From a virus (lineage: Duplodnaviria; Caudoviricetes): a stretch of 58,993 bases of DNA. The stretch lies in the IMG/VR virus record IMGVR_UViG_3300044448_006448, positions 1 through 58,993 of that record. One strand, written 5' to 3'. How positions within the stretch are numbered: position 1 is the stretch's first letter; each line of letters opens with the position of its first letter. Below are positions 48,678-55,975 of this stretch, in pieces. Both the position numbers and the translations under genes were made by a program. The notes below the pieces were generated by a model. That model ran no database searches. It had not been told where the DNA came from and worked only from the letters and a program-made list of their open reading frames with translations.

Positions 48678-48920
48678 ATGAAAGATTTTTTCACTAATGG
48701 TTGGACTACCTTAAAAAGTCTATTAAAACTAGAATGGGCTAATTTTAAAAATTGGAAAGCTTGGACATCTTTAAGAGCTTTATATTTAATATTCGCCGTT
48801 GTTTCTTTAGTATGTACATGTTGGTGGGGTTTTATTTACTTCTTAGTTTGTGCATTCTTTAAAGTTGAACCAATATTATGGGCTTGCTCTAAATTAGGAT
48901 TTTCTAAAACAGACATATAA
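48678..48920 (+). CDS. Trp-rich small membrane protein
   Basis: Hydrophobic core; promoter motifs at 48628-48660. Confidence 0.7.
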   Translation: MKDFFTNGWTTLKSLLKLEWANFKNWKAWTSLRALYLIFAVVSLVCTCWWGFIYFLVCAFFKVEPILWACSKLGFSKTDI

Positions 48921-49303
48921 TGCCTTTAACTTTAACATATACAAGTGAATACGGTACTATTACAGATGCTTATCATGTGTTAAAATTTTTTACTATCGTA
49001 AGTGGTAGTTCACCAAATTGCACAGTAAGTGGAAGTGCTTGGTTAAATAAAGCAGCATATGATGGTGGTAATCTAGCTTTTGTTAATTATACATTTAAAT
49101 TTAACGCAACAGAAGGAACACCAGCATCAGGAAAAACACCAGCATCCCCACAACCCGATATTTTTTCACAATCCTACGCAGCTTTAAAAGCAATTAATAC
49201 TTCTAATTACGATGTTGATGGAAATAATGCAAACCAATTAGTTGACAGCGCAGGAAATGTATTAAAGTTAAACTTTACCTCAGCCGGCTCAACCAAATAT
49301 TAA
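48920..49303 (+). CDS. Probable virion-associated hypothetical protein
   Basis: Composition rich in Thr, Ser, Gly and Asn. Confidence 0.6.
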   Translation: MPLTLTYTSEYGTITDAYHVLKFFTIVSGSSPNCTVSGSAWLNKAAYDGGNLAFVNYTFKFNATEGTPASGKTPASPQPDIFSQSYAALKAINTSNYDVDGNNANQLVDSAGNVLKLNFTSAGSTKY

Positions 49304-49306
49304 ACT

Positions 49307-49594
49307 ATGATTAAACTAACAGACATATTAGAAAGGATAGGATTTAGCGGACCAGACTACAACGATGAAGTCGGTAAAGCATTATCTGACATTAATGAAT
49401 TAATTCAAACTAAATCACTATCATCTAACGATCCTATGGTTCAAGAAATAGCTAATAAATTAGACGACGTAGCTAACATGGTTTCTAACTTACCTGAAAA
49501 AGAACGTCGTAAAATTGGTTTTAGAGAAGGTGCTAAATCATTAGCAAAAAAGTGGGTTAAAAACAACGCTAGCAAAGCTAATCCCTTCAACTGA
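49307..49594 (+). CDS. Hypothetical protein with MIKLTDILE leader
   Basis: Short leader ending in I-x-E. Confidence 0.65.
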   Translation: MIKLTDILERIGFSGPDYNDEVGKALSDINELIQTKSLSSNDPMVQEIANKLDDVANMVSNLPEKERRKIGFREGAKSLAKKWVKNNASKANPFN

Positions 49595-49596
49595 AA

Positions 49597-49785
49597 ATGT
49601 CTCACAAAGTCTTCATTCGTCATACTTACATCTATAAATGTTCGGATGATGAATGTAGCGGTGAGTGGAAGATAAATGAAGCATTAAACATAGAACGTTT
49701 GTCTTGCCCCCATTGTGGTAAACACGATACCGTTAATTATGTTATGGTTGACCAACGAGAAAAATACCAAAGACGATGGGAGTAG
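49597..49785 (+). CDS. Small Zn-ribbon protein
   Basis: CSDDEC ... CPHCG. Confidence 0.7.
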   Translation: MSHKVFIRHTYIYKCSDDECSGEWKINEALNIERLSCPHCGKHDTVNYVMVDQREKYQRRWE

Positions 49786-50039
49786 TATATACGTATCTAA
49801 AAATGAATGATTGTAGAAGAGAGCCTTCTGAAGAAGACGCTTGGGATAATTGGTATCCCGATCAATCTATTTAATATACAAAAACTATGAATATAAAAAT
49901 GACTCAAAATTTAGAAGATTTAACTGACGCTGAAAAGGAAGAATTAGAGGAAATAATAAATAAAGAATTAAAAAAATTAATTCCATAAAAATAAATACTT
50001 AATTTGGTATTGTGGTTTTTCTTTTTTATCTTAAGGTTA

Positions 50040-50202
50040 ACGGAGTGTCATAGGGAGTGTAGGTAAGTTCCGGATTAATGAAGCACGCAAGAGAGTAGGA
50101 TTTCTTGTGTCCTACCTAACCCTTAAAGTTTGAGTACTTAAAACTGATTACCGACCAAGATTATTAAATTCTCACAACCTTAATAGGAGATCTTGGTGAC
50201 AA
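50040..50202 (+). ncRNA. Putative ~160-nt structured ncRNA of unknown class
   Basis: Own promoter (TTTG 50003, TATCTT 50027), no ORF, terminal TGTCA/TGACA pairing and several internal stems. Confidence 0.55.
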
Positions 50203-50225
50203 AAATATTTTAAAGACTTCTACAA

Positions 50226-50488
50226 TATAATTTGGCTACCCCGGAAATCTTTCGTATATTCATGGTATATTTAAAAAAATTAAGGTTATGAAAGAACTTA
50301 TATTAAAAATCGAAGTCCCAGTATATTTAATACTATTTGGTATTATTAGTTTTTATGAAGGACATACTTTATTAGGTATTGTCTTAACAGCATTATCCGC
50401 TATGCGTTATGGGATTAATAATATGAAATAAATTTCCTGTGTAGTATAATTTGGCTACCCCGGAGATCTTTCGTATATTCATGGTATA
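50226..50488 (+). repeat. 44-bp direct repeat (1 mismatch): duplicated promoter cassettes, copies 4 and 5
   Basis: TATAATTTGGCTACCCCGGA(A/G)ATCTTTCGTATATTCATGGTATA at 50226-50269 and 50445-50488. Confidence 0.92.
50288..50431 (+). CDS. 47-aa two-TM membrane protein
   Basis: AAGGTT-ATG start; lies between the two 44-bp repeats. Confidence 0.65.
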   Translation: MKELILKIEVPVYLILFGIISFYEGHTLLGIVLTALSAMRYGINNMK

Positions 50489-50507
50489 ATTAAAATAAAT
50501 AAAAGTT

Positions 50508-51323
50508 ATGATAAATAAACAAGAAATTAAAGTTGCAAAAGAAATGCCTAAAGGTTATATAAGAAGAGTGGCACCTTCAGTATTCTCTACTAAACCCTCA
50601 AATGAAGTTTCAAAACATTACACACATATTCCTACTGAACGTGTTATTGATGATATGAAATTACTAGGTTGGAAAGTTATTGATGCTAAAGAAGTTAAAG
50701 CTCGTAAAAATTCAACTAAAGGTTATCAAAAACATTTATTAACATTTAGAAATGATGATATTGTTATAAATGGTGATGATGGTGATACAGTTTATCCACA
50801 AATTTTATTAACTAATTCTCATGATGGTAAAAATGCATTTACTTTTACTGCAGGTTTATTTAGATTAATATGTGAAAATGGATTAGTAATAGCAGATCAA
50901 AAGTTTAATGACTTTAAAATGCGTCATATGGGTTATAGTTTTGAGGAATTACAAGATATGATTAAAGATATGGTAGAGCAATTACCTTTAACTGTAGAAA
51001 GTATGAATGCAATGAAAGCTATTGAATTAGGTCAAAATGAAATACTTAAATTTGCTAATGAAGCTTTAGAATGTAGGTTTACTAAAGAAGAGAGAAATAG
51101 AATTCATGTAGATATTGATAAATTAGTTAAACCTGTTAGGAAAGAAGATTCAGGAAATGATCTTTGGAGTGTATTTAATTTAATTCAAGAAAAAATGATT
51201 GATGGAGATTTCGAATACCATGCAGGTGGTAAATTAAGAAAAGCTCGTGAAATTAAAAATTTCAAACAAAATATGAAGGTTAATAAAGATTTATATGAAT
51301 TAGCTTTAGAGTATGCCTCATAA
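50508..51323 (+). CDS. DUF932/DUF945-family protein
   Basis: APSVF, S..Y..IPT, NSHDG, GLFR.IC.NGL and LWSVFN..QE motifs. Confidence 0.85.
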   Translation: MINKQEIKVAKEMPKGYIRRVAPSVFSTKPSNEVSKHYTHIPTERVIDDMKLLGWKVIDAKEVKARKNSTKGYQKHLLTFRNDDIVINGDDGDTVYPQILLTNSHDGKNAFTFTAGLFRLICENGLVIADQKFNDFKMRHMGYSFEELQDMIKDMVEQLPLTVESMNAMKAIELGQNEILKFANEALECRFTKEERNRIHVDIDKLVKPVRKEDSGNDLWSVFNLIQEKMIDGDFEYHAGGKLRKAREIKNFKQNMKVNKDLYELALEYAS

Positions 51324-51410
51324 AAGTGGTCTATCATGTGTTCATCCGCGTTGATGATGTAAATCTCTTCTGAAACCAGCCATAGCCCGTAAGGGCTTTT
51401 GGTGGCGAAT
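51321..51410 (+). ncRNA. Putative structured intergenic RNA element B
   Basis: Hairpins TCATGTG-TTCATC-CGCGTTGA and AGCCC-GTAA-GGGCT; resembles 43324-43449. Confidence 0.45.
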
Positions 51411-51427
51411 ATAATAAAATAAAGGTT

Positions 51428-51763
51428 ATGAGTAGGTTTACAATAACAAGACATAAAGGATTTAGATTAGTATTTAACAATGGATTTGCAATATCAGTTC
51501 AATGGGGAGATGGGAATTACTGCACTAGAAGAAATGATGGAGAGTTAAACCCAGACTTTGTATCTCCTAAAGAATCAGATTTTTGGACATCAGACAGCGC
51601 TGAAGTTGCTGTTTTTGATAAAAAAGGTAAAATGATGTCATTAGGAGAAGATACAGTTGCTGGATGGTTGTCTTCAGATCAAGTAGCTAATTTAATAGCT
51701 ATAGTATCCTTTGCTAAAACTAAAAGAGAATTAAATAAAAGAATTAAAGCACTTAAATTATGA
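51428..51763 (+). CDS. Hypothetical protein
   Basis: F.NG..ISVQ.G.GNYC ... AEVA ... VAGW motifs. Confidence 0.75.
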   Translation: MSRFTITRHKGFRLVFNNGFAISVQWGDGNYCTRRNDGELNPDFVSPKESDFWTSDSAEVAVFDKKGKMMSLGEDTVAGWLSSDQVANLIAIVSFAKTKRELNKRIKALKL

Positions 51764-51966
51764 CAAAATTTGAACGAGAATATTATGCTGATATTAAAAA
51801 AATTAGCGAATCATTAGAAACAATAGCTCACTCATTAGAAGTATTAGCTGAAATAAGAATTGAAGACATTGCTAGAAATCACACTGAATTAAGTGATGAA
51901 GATGATGAATTATTTAATGATGAAGAATCTTATATACCATTTCCAAATGTTGGAGACAATAAATAA
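51760..51966 (+). CDS. Hypothetical protein
   Basis: 68-aa ORF with ATGA overlap. Confidence 0.65.
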   Translation: MTKFEREYYADIKKISESLETIAHSLEVLAEIRIEDIARNHTELSDEDDELFNDEESYIPFPNVGDNK

Positions 51967-52027
51967 ATCGATATATACTAATATATAAACATTATATTAA
52001 ATTAAAAAATAAAATATATAGATTGAT

Positions 52028-52210
52028 ATGAAAGATGAAGAAAACACTAATAGACAATTAGAAGGAATTAGTAATATATTAGAAGAATGTGATAATTATA
52101 GTTTAACTCCTGAAGTAGTCTATTTTGCTTTAAAAGAAATGCAAATGAATCCTACTATGTCTCCTTTATTAGCTATGGAAATAGCTTCAGAGGATTGGGA
52201 TGTAATTTAA
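52028..52210 (+). CDS. Hypothetical protein
   Basis: 60-aa ORF. Confidence 0.6.
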   Translation: MKDEENTNRQLEGISNILEECDNYSLTPEVVYFALKEMQMNPTMSPLLAMEIASEDWDVI

Positions 52211-52246
52211 ATGTGGAAATGCAATAAATCTTTATTATATTTATAA

Positions 52247-52546
52247 ATGACCGCTAGTACTTGTATTAGCTGCTTGTTTGGACCCGGGTTCGATTCCCGG
52301 CATCTCCACTAAAAAATATTTACGATATGGGGATGATCGGATTTGACAGCAAGTAAGGGTATAAGGAAGGTCAATGCAACAACTGGCAAACAAGTTGAAT
52401 TAGCGAAAGTTAATGTTGAAGACATTCTTTCTTATATTACGGATCTAGCAATGGATGCGGAATATGTTGAAGAACCAGCATTAATGGCTGCCTAAGTAAG
52501 GTAGTCTAGCAAACGGGTTTAATAGGGCATACTCGTAAAAGCCCGG
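52247..52546 (+). ncRNA. ssrA: Circularly permuted (two-piece) tmRNA
   Basis: T-arm CCGGG-TTCGATT-CCCGG plus CATCTCCA (52284-52308) lies upstream of the 5' strand GGGGATG (52329-52335). G3-U70 pair present. Tag frame 52385-52495 ends ALMAA*. Outer boundaries are approximate. Confidence 0.9.
52385..52495 (+). other. tmRNA tag reading frame GKQVELAKVNVEDILSYITDLAMDAEYVEEPALMAA*
   Basis: Resume context CAACT|GGC; 36 codons then TAA; ends in an AA degron. Confidence 0.8.
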
Positions 52547-52586
52547 TGGATGGTTGGTATTTTTTTTAATTTAAAAGTTACGTAAA

Positions 52587-52730
52587 ATGAAAAAGTCAAA
52601 ACCTATTACTTTAGAAGAATCAAATCAAATGTGGGATGAATGGTGGAACAGTTTAACTGATGAACAGAAGCAAAAGTTAGTTGAAGAGCAAGAAGCTATT
52701 GAAAAAGATAGAAATCTAAATAATAATTAA
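52587..52730 (+). CDS. Small hypothetical protein (47 aa)
   Basis: ORF below the track cutoff. Confidence 0.5.
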   Translation: MKKSKPITLEESNQMWDEWWNSLTDEQKQKLVEEQEAIEKDRNLNNN

Positions 52731-52763
52731 TATATTTATTTCCATCATCATAAACTAAATAAT

Positions 52764-52934
52764 ATGTCAGTAGAAGATTTTTGGTGGGATACCCACAATG
52801 AAATTAAAAAACTTGGTATACAAAGAAAATTTGACAAACAATTGGAAAAAATGAGAAACCAAGAAAAACATCAATATAAAGACACAAGACAAATGTGGGA
52901 GTATGCCTTAAATAAAGTAAAAGGTAACCTATAA
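52764..52934 (+). CDS. Small hypothetical protein (56 aa)
   Basis: ORF below the track cutoff. Confidence 0.55.
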   Translation: MSVEDFWWDTHNEIKKLGIQRKFDKQLEKMRNQEKHQYKDTRQMWEYALNKVKGNL

Positions 52935-52960
52935 TAATCAAAAATTTTCACCTATACCAT

Positions 52961-53395
52961 ATGTATAATCGTATGGTAAACGCTGATCACATATTTTCAT
53001 TATTTGGGTCTGGAGATGATCTTGATGGTAATCCTGTTGAAAAATCTTATTTAAATTTTAAGCAAACCCCTTTATATTGGGTGGGGATGTTTAAAAAAAC
53101 AGTATTAAATCACATAAATTTTAATAAAAAAATTGTTAAATTTTTACAAAAATCAAATCAAGAATTAACAATACATGAAATACAAGAAGCTGGTGAGGAT
53201 GTTATTTACTATAAAGCTTGGGCCTATATTAAAAAAATTGATTTAAGTGAAAAATCTCATTTATTAGCTATAGATCATTATTCTGATGAGTTTTTAGATA
53301 CTGCTTTAAAAATGGGTATTTCATTTTTTGAAGAAAAAGAAGAATATGAAAAATGTGCCCATTTAAAAAGAATTCTTGATTACTTTTCAGTTTAA
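52961..53395 (+). CDS. Hypothetical protein with C-terminal UVR-like motif; likely start ATG 52973
   Basis: FFEEKEEYEKCAHLKRI; the first ATG lies inside a TATGTATA motif. Confidence 0.7.
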   Translation: MYNRMVNADHIFSLFGSGDDLDGNPVEKSYLNFKQTPLYWVGMFKKTVLNHINFNKKIVKFLQKSNQELTIHEIQEAGEDVIYYKAWAYIKKIDLSEKSHLLAIDHYSDEFLDTALKMGISFFEEKEEYEKCAHLKRILDYFSV

Positions 53396-53499
53396 TTTGG
53401 ATGTGCAAAGTAATATATGTACATTCATGATACGGGGTTTTTGAAAAATTAGAAATAGAGAGGAAATAAGGGGGAAGGGGAATAAATAAATAAAATATT

Positions 53500-53703
53500 A
53501 TGTTAAGAAGAGAAGTATTAAATAGAGAAATAGAAAAAATAGAAAGTAGATTAAAAGTTTTAGAAACATCTATAGGCCGCCCAGGCATAACAGCAAATGA
53601 TTTTAGAAAAGAAATACAAAATATATCAGATAAAATCGAAAATCTAAAATCAATAATAGCTAGAGAAAGATTCTCAGCAGATGAAATTAATCCACTTAGA
53701 TAA
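53500..53703 (+). CDS. Small coiled-coil protein
   Basis: 67-aa ORF; promoter TTTG-N20-TACATT at 53396-53425. Confidence 0.7.
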   Translation: MLRREVLNREIEKIESRLKVLETSIGRPGITANDFRKEIQNISDKIENLKSIIARERFSADEINPLR

Positions 53704-53720
53704 AATAAAAAATAAAAGTT

Positions 53721-54494
53721 ATGAAATTATCAGCAGAGCAAATTCAATCAAATTGGGATATCTTTATAAGTAATATAAACACACATATTACAGGAGATAG
53801 AAAAGAAAAATTATTAAATTTTTATAATAAATTCTCAGAACGTTTAATATTAATGCCCGCAGCCCATAAGAAAGAATACCATAATGCATTTCCAGGTGGG
53901 TATGTAGATCATGTTAATAGAGTAGTTCGTTGTGCCCTTAAACAATATGAATTATGGAAAAGTGAAGGAGTAGATATTACTACTTTTACAATTGAAGAAC
54001 TTATATTTTCTGCTATTAATCATGATTTAGGTAAAATGGGAGATGAAGAACAAGATTCTTATATACCACAAACTGATAAATGGAGAAAAGATAAATTAGG
54101 AGAAGATTATATGTTTAATAATAAAGTCCCATTCGCCTCAGTTCCAGATAGAGGTTTATTTTTATTACAATCACATAATATTAAATATACTTTTAATGAA
54201 ATGTTAGCTATTCAAACACATGATGGTTTATATGATCCCGCTAATGAAAAGTATTTAAAAGGATGGATGCCTGAGCAAAAACCAAGAACTGCTTTACCAT
54301 TTATTTTACATCAAGCTGACATGATGGCTGCAAGAATAGAATTTGAAAAAGAATGGTTACCTAAGTTTTCTAGAAGTAACTTGGATGCCCCAAAGAAAAA
54401 TTTTACATTGGGGGCAAAACCAACATCTACTAAGTCTAAAGCATTAGGGAGTATAAAAAGCAAAGGTTTAAAAAACATGTTAGATAATTTATAA
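53721..54494 (+). CDS. HD-domain phosphohydrolase (YhaM-like HD)
   Basis: H.A.PGG..DH, HDLGK, HDG and HQAD motifs. Confidence 0.85.
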   Translation: MKLSAEQIQSNWDIFISNINTHITGDRKEKLLNFYNKFSERLILMPAAHKKEYHNAFPGGYVDHVNRVVRCALKQYELWKSEGVDITTFTIEELIFSAINHDLGKMGDEEQDSYIPQTDKWRKDKLGEDYMFNNKVPFASVPDRGLFLLQSHNIKYTFNEMLAIQTHDGLYDPANEKYLKGWMPEQKPRTALPFILHQADMMAARIEFEKEWLPKFSRSNLDAPKKNFTLGAKPTSTKSKALGSIKSKGLKNMLDNL

Positions 54495-54775
54495 TGGAAA
54501 TAATAGTCATATCTTTTTTAATAATTATAGTTGCAATCTTAGGATTTACAACTTTAAATTTATTACGTAAAAATGAAAAGCAAGAAGATATTCTTGTAGA
54601 ATATATGAAATATTTAGATAAAATATCTAAAGTTATAGAAATATCAGATAAAAGACTCAAAAAATTAGATGCATTAGGTCGATTTGAAGCTGATGATGAA
54701 GTTGGTTTTTTCTTTAAAGGAGTAAAACAAATCCAAGAAATTCTCAACGAATTCAAGGTAAGAAAAATTGACTAA
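54494..54775 (+). CDS. Single-TM coiled-coil protein
   Basis: N-terminal TM segment; FEADDEVGFFF motif. Confidence 0.7.
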   Translation: MEIIVISFLIIIVAILGFTTLNLLRKNEKQEDILVEYMKYLDKISKVIEISDKRLKKLDALGRFEADDEVGFFFKGVKQIQEILNEFKVRKID

Positions 54776-55584
54776 TGGATAATGTAATAAAAAAAGCACA
54801 AAAAAAACGACAAAAAAGGAATTATTTTACACAAGAAACAGAAGATGCTATAGTATTATATAACAAAACTAAATCATCTAAAAAAAGAAGTAAAATATAT
54901 CAAGATAAAATTCATTTTGCCTTTTTTAAACTCACCCAAAATATAATACATACTTTTAAATTTTATTATACAGATAATATTCAAAATCTAGAAGATTTAC
55001 AACATGAAATAATGGTATTTCTTTTAGATAAAATTCACTTATTTGACCCAGCTAAAGGAGCTAAAGCTTATTCATATTTTGGAACTATAGTAAAAAGATG
55101 GCTTATAGCTTACAATCAAAAATATTATAAGAAAAAAATAGATAAAGTATCTGTAGATGATATTAACAATTATCAAAATTTAGATAAAAATAATCCTTGG
55201 TTTATAGAATCTCAAAAATTAGAAAAAAGTAGTGAAATTTTTGTTGAAAATATAAATGGTTTTGAAGGAAGTGAATTATCTAAAAAAGGATTTAAAGAAG
55301 GAGATAGATTATCATATTTTATTGATTGTTTTGTTAAATATATAACAGATAACATTTATAACATATTTCCTAAAGAATATGATGCCCAAATAGCAGATTG
55401 TATATTAGAATTATTTAGAAAAAGAGAAGCAATAGATGTTTTTAATAAAAAAGCATTATACATCTACATTAGAGAAATGATTGATGTAAAAACTCCTAAA
55501 ATAACAAAAATAGCTAATAAATTACATACTATATATAAAGAAAAATATATTTTTTTCCAAGAATATGGTTATTTTCCTTCTTAA
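54775..55584 (+). CDS. Phage sigma factor (T4 gp55-like late sigma)
   Basis: N-terminal RNYF; region-2-like EDL..E....L......FDPAKGAKAYSYFGTI.KR. Confidence 0.7.
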   Translation: MDNVIKKAQKKRQKRNYFTQETEDAIVLYNKTKSSKKRSKIYQDKIHFAFFKLTQNIIHTFKFYYTDNIQNLEDLQHEIMVFLLDKIHLFDPAKGAKAYSYFGTIVKRWLIAYNQKYYKKKIDKVSVDDINNYQNLDKNNPWFIESQKLEKSSEIFVENINGFEGSELSKKGFKEGDRLSYFIDCFVKYITDNIYNIFPKEYDAQIADCILELFRKREAIDVFNKKALYIYIREMIDVKTPKITKIANKLHTIYKEKYIFFQEYGYFPS

Positions 55585-55618
55585 GAATTTAGATTCTTAA
55601 TATTTATAAATAAAAACA

Positions 55619-55975
55619 ATGGGACAATTAGATTCAATAGTATTTGGAAATAAAAGATTTTCGGATCTTTTAAATGAAATATACGATAATCAAACACAAA
55701 AGAAACAACAAATCTCAGCTTTAATTTCAGAATTAAAACCATTAATTCAAGAAATTGGTGATGCTACTTTAATAGTTCCTTTAATAAAAGAATATTTAGA
55801 AATAAGTGTTAAAAATGATGAACAGTTAATTAAAATGGCAACTATTGTACAAAGAGCATTACAATCTGTTAATGAGGATGGGGAATTAGGAATATCAGAA
55901 GAGGAAAAACAGGAATTATTAGATGAAATGGAAAGATTAGAAAAAATAGCTAGAAAAGAAAAAAATGATGAATAA
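55619..55975 (+). CDS. Hypothetical helical protein
   Basis: 118-aa ORF after TATTTATA (55601). Confidence 0.7.
   Translation: MGQLDSIVFGNKRFSDLLNEIYDNQTQKKQQISALISELKPLIQEIGDATLIVPLIKEYLEISVKNDEQLIKMATIVQRALQSVNEDGELGISEEEKQELLDEMERLEKIARKEKNDE

Noticed and set aside
50068-50084. RNase P RNA (GTAGGTAAGTTCCGG resembles GAGGAAAGUCC)
   Set aside because: Weak match, and no 3' conserved region able to form helix P4.
38205-50488. Repeated cassettes as a CRISPR array or IS ends
   Set aside because: Copies are irregularly spaced, carry promoter boxes, precede genes and have no transposase nearby.
51327-51378. Type III hammerhead (TGGTC ... TTGATGA ... GAAACCA)
   Set aside because: The core lacks C3, TGATG is used by the adjacent stem, and no stem II forms.
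52284-52308. Stand-alone tRNA gene
   Set aside because: No upstream D-arm, anticodon arm or 5' acceptor strand; the partner strand lies downstream, as in a permuted tmRNA. No other tRNA was seen.
53434-53480. G-run purine tract as a G-quadruplex or strong SD
   Set aside because: Only three substantial G-runs, widely spaced, and about 20 nt from the ATG.
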